Source: Macrostomum hystrix
Taxonomy: Eukaryota > Animalia > Platyhelminthes
DNA length: 64,000 nucleotides
Direction of reading: 5' to 3'
Assembly: GCA_950097015.1 (NCBI GenBank)
Contig: CATNEN010000008.1
Location: 434,001-498,000, forward strand
Shown here one piece after another: positions 37,601 to 46,600 of the stretch (its first letter is position 1; every line of letters begins with the position of its first letter). Below the pieces are notes generated by a model. It was given only the letters and a program-made list of their open reading frames with translations, was not told the DNA's origin and did no database searches. A program made the translations under genes and the position numbers.

Positions 37601-40600
37601 TGAAGACTGGTACGCTCTTGTTGGTCTCACCGTTGCCGAATGTTACCTCGTTACTAGTAACTCTGCAGTTTTAATGAGTTAAGGGACCTCACTAGGCTTT
37701 AATTATTTGAACACTGGGTTTAAGTTCGTACATTATATTATAGTGCAGATCATAGACTCTGTGATATCGGTCAGTTAATTGGCTACACACCTGATATCCG
37801 TGGCCAGATCAGCCGTGATGGCGATTATTTCAAATACGGCTGTGACAACGCCAAACTGTCCACCTCTGCGTTGCAGAAAAAGAAACGGACCCATGTACTC
37901 CTCCGGTACGACGATTTCCGATCTGGAGAAGTCTATTATGCCATTGGCATTGTCGTTCAGGTTGATGATCATCTGGGCGTAGGAACGGAAGTCCAGATCC
38001 AGCTGGGGAGGTATTTCTGGGCCGGCAGACGACACATTGAGCAGACGAAGTCCGATGAGAACTATGAAGAAGCTTTCGTCTGGCTCTGGCAACGAGTCGT
38101 CGAGTATATTGACACTGAACACTGCGCTGGACTGGCCGGGGGACATGTCCACAAATCCTGTCACAGCAGCGAAGTCCGCATTCTCTGTTGCTCTGTTGGC
38201 CACCACGGGTAGGTAAGGAAAGGCTTCCGTCTGTGACAGAGTGCGATAGGAAATCCGAACGGCGCCCATGGTGCCTCCGCTCCTGATAATGCTGATTTTC
38301 ACGGCTGAAATAGAATATTCAATTCTATATAGTATGTGACTAAATTCTGAACGGAACAACGGGTTATCTTTGAACTCACGCCCGGCCACTTCTTCGACTC
38401 GAATCGGTCGGAAGGCGTCCGGAATTGAAAACACGCCGTACGGATTGTCGTTGGCTCGGATTATCAGCGTCGCTTGAGCCTTTTTCGGATCGATTGTGCC
38501 CTAGATTTTCCATTTTTATGGAATGTACGCTCGCATGTATAAATAAATGTGATCTTCATAATTTAAAACTATGGATCGTGGACCGTTCTTCTGTAAAGCA
38601 ATAACAGCAGTTGCGCTTACCATAGTCACATTCAGCAGCATGATGGTGAAACTCTCATCAACCTCTGGCAGCGAGTCGTCGTACACTGTCACGGTAAAGT
38701 AGCCGACCGTCTGGCCCGGAGCAAATTCAACGCTACCGCTGTGAGTGCTGAGATCGTTTTCGGGGTCGGAAAGCACCTGCCAGTAGACTGCCACTGAGCG
38801 CAGAGTTCCACCGGCTCTGGTTACCTGAAGCGATTTTCAGGAACGTATGTATTTGCTCTTGGTCATAGTACTAACTGACTGCTAAATTAGCCTTCCGAGA
38901 TCACTTATTAGTCTTTTTACTCACGGTAAACAAAGCAGTCCCATTTGCGACCTCTTCTGTGTAGATAACCATCGACATCGGAGCGAAGCCGAACACACCG
39001 AAGGCCGAGTCCGAGTTCTCGATGCTCACCGCGATAGTGGAAGCTGGTCCGATGCCCGCCCCACCCGTCGGGTTCAATAGTTCAACGTAGAAGACTCGAG
39101 TATCTTCAGGCACAGCATTGTCGTAGATAGTGACGTTGATTATGACAACCCGGCTGCCAGGCAGAAATTGGATGCGGTTTCCGTCGGCGCGATAGTCTGG
39201 GCGATCACCGCTGCTGGTGGCCGTACCGTCTCTGGTGCGCCATTCGCAGGTAATGGGGCCGATCGTGCCTGTTGTTTTTTGGATTTCAGTTTGTTCAGTT
39301 ATTTCAGCGTAGGCTTTAGGCAATCAAATCAGAGTCTAACCTTGAGCTCGCGCTATAATTAGACTAACAAAGCCGACCTCCTCCCTAACGCTGACATGAG
39401 GCTGTGTGAAATCGGCTGCAATGATGCTGGGCAGCGGATCCGGCAGGCTAGTCATGAACTGCAGGTAGCCGTACGGATAGTCGCTCTCGCTGATAGTTAC
39501 ATTGGTCCAACTCTTGTTTGGGTCGATTGATGCGCCTGTAAAGTTGTTATTTTTATCTCTATGATCTCAGTCATTTGAATGTACTTTCAGATTCAAAGCC
39601 ATTTAATTTAGGCATGGCTAGGTAGAGTTGAATGGTCTACACGCTACGCAAGGCATCACCTGTTTTAGGGTACTATTTATGGTAACTTCAAGGATCGCTA
39701 ATGAATTTCCGCACTTGTACTTTTCCTGCAACGAAATCTTTGCTAGCTTCTATTTCACATCGATAGTTTCACGCGGAAACACTAATTTCTGATGCCGCGG
39801 TGCTGTTTCTATGAATAATATGTGCAATTTTATATAAGCTGTAAACACTCTGTCTGTAATTGTCAAGCACCGGGAAAGTTTCAACTTAGACAGGAGAAGT
39901 CTCCGTAGAAAAGCAGCTGACTGACCCGATACGTTCGTGCTGCCAGCCTGTCCGTCGCTTGAAACAGCAGCGGTCAGAACAAAGAACGCCGGTCTAGCCA
40001 GCTCTGGAACTTTGTCGTCCACCAACGACGCCGTCAGGGACTTCAGTCGCTCTCCAGGACCAAAGGTAAGTACGCCGGATGAGTTGTCGAATTGGGAGGC
40101 AGCTTCTGTCCAGCCGCTGCCGTTGTCCGGAAGGCGAGTCTGCCAGTGCACTATCACAGTGCCGAAGCTCCCACCTGTTTAAGTATTGAAGAGGAACAAT
40201 TGTAAGTACTTTTGTGAAAAGACTGAAAAGTCGCATTGATAAAGACTATTGATTCTCATCCCAGCATTTCTGCGAACAATGGGATAAATATAAGCTGGAA
40301 TAGAAATTTGAATCAAAGTCGTGGCTCCTGAGTCAACGGATTGAACAGCCGTAAGCAGCTTTGCGCATTTCTGCGTCTGTGCCACAGGCTGTAACACCTT
40401 GTCCAACTCCTTAAGGTGTAATTTGCATTCATTTCTTTTCAACAGAAGAGCATATCAATTTACGAAAATAATTACATACCCAGCCGCTGAACAGAACAGG
40501 AGAACGTCGTTGTCTCGTTGTAAGACACGGGCGGCACACAGGATCCAACGAAGCCGAAGATACCGTTCGCGGTGTCGCTCTTCAACACGATAAGGTTGGA

Positions 40601-43600
40601 GCTCCGGCCAGTAGGTGACAGTCGAGCGCCGCCTTTCACGGACAGAAGGCGTAGCGTGAAGTATTCGTCTGGCTCAGCGATTGTATCCTGCACAGAGGCT
40701 ACCTCAAAGGAGTTGTTCCAGCGGTCCATTGGGAAGGACAGGTAGCCGGAGGTTGGTGTCACGTCGGAGCTGGCGGGATACGAGCTCACCTCGGCTATTT
40801 CGCTGAAGACAGATTCAAACGAGAGAATATTTTTACTTTGAAGTTCTTAACAAAAATGCTTCATAATTTACTACAGGCTCTTAACATTTGATGACTTATA
40901 ATTAAGTCAAGCCTCACTTATTCTCCAGCTTTCTGGCGTATAGTCTAACGTCCTGCAGGTAGCCAATGTACCGATACAGTTGCCCAGCTGCAGCGCCAAC
41001 GTACATCTCGCCGTCTGTGTCCAGTATAGTGTCGGACTCGAGAGCAGCTTGATAAAACTTGTTCGAGTCCAGGTAGAAGGAGACCTGACCATCGAATACA
41101 TTCACTACCAGATAGTGCCACTTGGCGTCCAGTATTGTCGTGGAAGTCCAACCGGTCATTTGAGCTGTCTGGATTAAAAAAAATTTTGCATCTAACTCAG
41201 ACATTCTGTTGATTGTTAGCGATAATGCATAGAGTAAAAATGATGGAATCATACCCTTCTAAACAGGGACCAATATCGAAAAGTAACACCGACCGATGTC
41301 GCATTTGCACTGATGTAAATGCCGTACAAATCGCTGCCATTGTTTGAGAAGAATTTTGAAATCAAGCAGGACCCAGCGATTGACTGTTTGAGTTGCAGAG
41401 CTGTGCTGAACGCAAAACCGCTGACTGAATTCATAGTGATAGTTGTGTTGGGCTGATACATGTCTGGGATCGTCACTAGGCTGCCTGAAAAAAATGGCAA
41501 AAGAATCTCAGCAAGATGGTTGTTTTTACTTAGCGAAGAATAAAATGTAGGAGTGTACACTAACTATAATCTACGGGGGTCGGTGGGGTTAACGCATTTG
41601 CCTCTCCCGCCAAGCTTCCTACACTCGATTCCTTGGCGAGGCCACATTTATTTGGGGCGCAGCCGCGGAGAGAAGGCTTGGGGGCTTGTCTGCAATTTAC
41701 GCCCCTGAGGGCCAACCTCCAAGGCACAGTGAGAGTGTACACTGCCTGGCAACGAGATAGTCAGGGCAGATGTACACACCTGTGAGAGTATGTGCCTGCG
41801 TACCGTACGGTATCTGCGTGTGCTCAGGAGTCAGCGAAATGGGCAGAATTGCCCCCTCGCTGGCTGCGGGTCTAGTGTCACCAGTTGATGTGCCAGTGCT
41901 CATAGCCCTCCAGCAATTATAAAAATAAAGAATTAAATGCATAATCGATAAATCAAAATCTACATGGCTGATTCGAGTTTTAGCTATAGATTCCAGATAA
42001 CCCTATGAACTATTTGCTACTTCGCTCGCGTTTTGTTAAGAATTTCGTATAAAACACACCTGGAGCATTGAAAAACTCAAGCGCTATAGAGCCTGTTCCC
42101 GGAATGCGCCTAGCGGCATCGGCTTCCATCACACTCCCATTCTGCAGTCCGAGAAACAGCAGGTCCAGAACGGCTGGCATGCTGGAAGCAGCCTGGGACA
42201 ATATCGTCCAGGATACGGCGGCATTGCTGTAGCGACCCTGCAGGCGATCCACGAAAACGGTCAGGCGCGTTGAGGCTTCCTGACCTGGATAGAAGTCCTC
42301 CGGCACGGAGTAGGTCGACTGGCTAAACGAAATCACGCCGTAGGGGTCGTCATTCTGTGGCACAATTATGTAAACCTCAGCTGGTCCGCTGCCAAGGATG
42401 GGTTTCTCTTCAGGAGATGCCCCGCCTGATAAAGACATATTGCAGAACTTAGGACCGGGTAGCCAATTTTCTTATTAAAAAATTCCAGAATAGGCAGAAA
42501 ATTTTCACCTGTAAGATTGACAATTGTTACAGAAAAATCCTCTTCAAACTCCGGCTCATTGTCGCGTCGAGGCACAAGGATGAGGGGAACACTCGACGAT
42601 CCATCCGGCATGACCAGTACGCCGCTTCCGAACTCGAAGTCGGTGCCGTTCTCAACGGGTTCATCAGTGCCGTTCAGTGCAATGACCCAGTGAATGTCAA
42701 CGTCGCCAAAGTGTCCACCCTCGCGTATTACTCTGAAGAATCAAGCATGGGAACTGGTGAAAGCGTAGGAATGACTTGCATATGAGCGTTTCCATATTAC
42801 GAGCCTAAACACATCTAAGACGAAATGCGTCTCAATCTGCCCCTATTAACTCCTTTGTTCTTTGCACTTGTATTGCTTTGTTCATCCAACTCTTTCTGGC
42901 TCCTCCTCTGTGTCTGAATCTGATTGGCATTCTGTATTCTCTATACTCTTCCTGCCTTCTGATTGGTCGCCACATCACGGTCTGTCTCTCTATAGCTCTT
43001 TCTCTTGACCTTTTGCACTCGTAATGTACGCAAACACCCAGTTTCTGCCTTCAGCTATTTGAGTTACAAGCGTAAATTTTTAGCAAAGCGCCTTGAACAT
43101 CAGAAGCGAGAAAGTTTTCTTGCTTTTCGTTCTTCAACTCATTCACTCGCGTTTACCTGCAGTATCAGGCATAATTGCTTACTCAAAGGACACTGACGAA
43201 CCCTCAATAGCTGTTTTGACTATTGGATAGGCAAACGATATGCTTCCAGAGGCGCCGTCGTTTGCCGCAATAACAACTGTTGCGATGAATTGATAATAGG
43301 GCACAATGTCGCCAACCGGGTTATACAGCTCGATGCGGAAGGTCTCGTCACCCTCCGGCACTCTGTCGTCCAGAGTCTGCACGGAGAGTCGCTGCTCGCG
43401 TTGGCCGCTGTTGAACACAAGGACGCCACTGGCGCTGATATAATCGTTAAGCGCCGCGTAGGCTGTGACATCAACTGTTCGGTAGCTGATGCTCACTGGC
43501 TCCAGGAGGCTGCCATCGCGTACTACTGTAAAACTGGCGCTCTGGCCCTCATTCACGCGAACGGTGCTCGGAGCTAAAAGTTTATAAATTTCGAAGGGCA

Positions 43601-46600
43601 TAGTCACTAGTGCTGTGTGAAACTAACAGTGATCACTGGTCTTACGTGCAAAATAGACAGGGCTGTCATTCTGGTCAATGTAGACAAAGGCCTGTGAGCG
43701 GGACCCAAGGCTCGCACCGCCAGTCACATTGAATAGAGTCACTGTGAACTGCTCCTGGTCTTCTGGGATCTGAGAGTTGATCAGTTAGTTAATTATTGTT
43801 GATCCGCATACTTGACTAGTAAGTGCGGAAAACTAAATCCAACTTACGTCATCTGGTAGGCTTTGAATTGGTAGAATGACCTGGGCCTGACCATTTTCGA
43901 AGATCAGTATCCCACTGACTGGAGTTAGGTCGGATGTGTTGTCTGGTGTGACACGAAACTGAACTGTCACTCGATTGAATGCTCCACGATTTCGAACCAC
44001 GACCAGGCGAGCGATCTGGATGTCTGCGCCCTTGCTCTCCTTGATGTTGAACAGAAGGCTAGATGCCTGAAACTCAACCACTCCATACGGATCATCATTT
44101 GCTGGAACTGTGATGTTGATCCTTGACTTCGAGCCGATTGCGATTGATTCACCATTGTGACCACTCAGGCTGAGGATGTAGTTTGTGTCCAACTGCAATT
44201 ACGCGTCGATTTTAAGCAGAATTTATTTCGGCTTTTGAAAGGATTTAGGAAGCATTTTAGAAACGCGTAATATTTTAACATGCTATACAATTTTAAAAAG
44301 TAAAAGCAAATACGAACGCTTCAATTTAAAACGCATTTAAAATTTCCTCTAAGAAAACTTGATTGCATCGTTATTAGCCAACCTCAGGAATGTTGTCGCC
44401 CCTGGCCATAAGTGTGCCGCTAAGTGAATATACACCTGGTTGGAATTGGAGAACATTGTTTCCACCGTAGAACTGCGTGTCTCCACCCGGCTGCACTGAG
44501 TAGTCCACGTAGACTGTCATCAGCGCACCACCCGTGCGGATCACAGTGACGTTGATAGGGTCGCCCTCCTCCTTCATTACATAGCTGTCCTTCATAAAGC
44601 TTGCAAAACTGAATATTCCACCAGGGTTGTCGTTGGCTTTAATTCGCAGCACAATCTTGGAATAGTTGGTTTTGAGCCGTTGCGATCCAGCTGGTGCCAC
44701 ATCCGTCAGCTGAATGGTGAGATCCTCGTCCAGTTCTGGAATACTGTCTGGCTTCACCTCGAAAATGAGCTCCGACGATGTTTGACCTGAGCGAAATCGG
44801 TTTATAAAAATATGATATTATTTGGGCTTAGAGTTCAGATTAAGGCTCGAACTCACCAGCAGCGAAATTGATCTGTCCTGACCTCGGTCCGGTGTCAGAG
44901 GCGGTCATGCCAGGCCCGACGCTCGTGACGTTCCAGTAGACCACCGCTGGGCCGCTCATGCCCTCCCGAATTATGCGGATCGGCACGAAACTGCTGGCGG
45001 CGCCGTCGCTTGGCTCGTCGGCCAGAATAATGCCGACACTGGCAAAGCCGATCTCGCCATCAGCGTCTCCCGGAGCTACGAGGACGCTGGTTTCCAGGCG
45101 AGCGCCGAGACGCGGGCTGTTGTAGGCCGGCAGGCCCTCAGCCGGTCGAATGTAGCTGGTGTTCAACAGTCGAGCGTTAAAGGTTTCGCCCACCTGAAGG
45201 AAGGCTCCTTCAGTTAGAGGAATCTGTACGAGAGCTGTTGCTTCGCCAATTCCCATGGGAACGATTGTAGGTAGGCTAGCAGCAAACACACCTATGAAAA
45301 AGAAAATAAATAAAAAATAAAGTTATAATATTACCGGATGCGTTACGCTCAAGCGCACTGATTCTCACTGGTGGCGTTGGCGGAGCCCGAGTAGGTGACG
45401 TCCACATAAGTTTGAATGGCTCCAAGCGTGCCTCCGATACGGGTGAGTCGAAGCTCAAGCTTCCGCGGTGTTTCTTTCTGCAGAAGGGAGCCAAAAATGT
45501 ATTTGGCTATAGGTTTGCTGGTGGGTATACGATGATTCACAATACTATCGTGACAGTAGAAGTGCCAAGATTGTTTTTAAATTCCTATAAGAAGTTCCTA
45601 TAAGCAATAATGCTTCATTACAGCTCTGTACGTCAATCAAAAACGGACTAATTTAATTTGCTTGTTGACCAGTGTCTGCATCATCTCAGCCCACGGTGTC
45701 AAGTGAACTTCAACTAATCAGAGCTTTCGGACCTTCAATCTCGCTTATCAAGCCATGGAAAGCACATCTGGTCACGCTGAAAAAAATAAAACAGTGTCGA
45801 AAAGGCACTGGTGGTTTTGTCGTCAATGGCGGCGTGGCGTGGCTTATGACGGGCGCAGTCAAATAATCTTCAGGGACGTGAGAGTTATCCCCTTTCCAAA
45901 ACTGGAGAAAAAAGTACGAGTAGCTTGGTATTCCTACTGTCAAGAGAAGCTATCATCGCAAATTAGGTCACTTTATAATCAATTCATTGACAAATCAGCA
46001 TAGAATAATTGACATACACTCTTAAGAGCTTGCTGGTCGGGGCTAGCGAATGACACCAAGCCGTAAGCCATGTCGGAGTCCTGCACGATCAGAACGCCAG
46101 TCGTGATGCCGCCAAGCTTGGCGCCTCCAGTTAGCGAGGAAGCGACGAGCGAGATTCGAAAGGCCTCAGAAGGCTCAGGCACATTGTCCTGCGTTATGCT
46201 AAGGCTAATGCTTGCCTCCTTTACCCGATCGTCGAGTGTCACGGTGCCATCGCTGGGTCCAATGTCGCCGGCTATTGGGTCGGTGTTGTTGATCCTGGTT
46301 AGAACCCAGTTCACCGACACAGGGCCGTAGATTCCCCCGGTGCGAACCACCTGTGGTGATTTATTAGGCTTGAGATGTGGCAGCACAGGATATATAAGAG
46401 TTGCTATATTAGTTATTAAAGCTTCCTTGCGCTTCAGGTGTGGGGAATCTGACAGACGATCAGGACTTTAACTTGTACTACGAGCTCACCTTAAAATCAG
46501 TGAACGTACTCGACGAGTCCTCATCAACTGTGTAAAATCCAGGTTGGCCTGGAACGTTGGTGTACAGCTCCAGTACGCCATTGGGATCGTCATTGGCGTT

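Noticed and set aside
45334-45368. Apparent premature stop (…SENQCA*) in an ADGRV1 exon
   Set aside because: Splicing at ACC A|GTGAGA (45368) gives the phase needed by the next exon, so there is no lesion.
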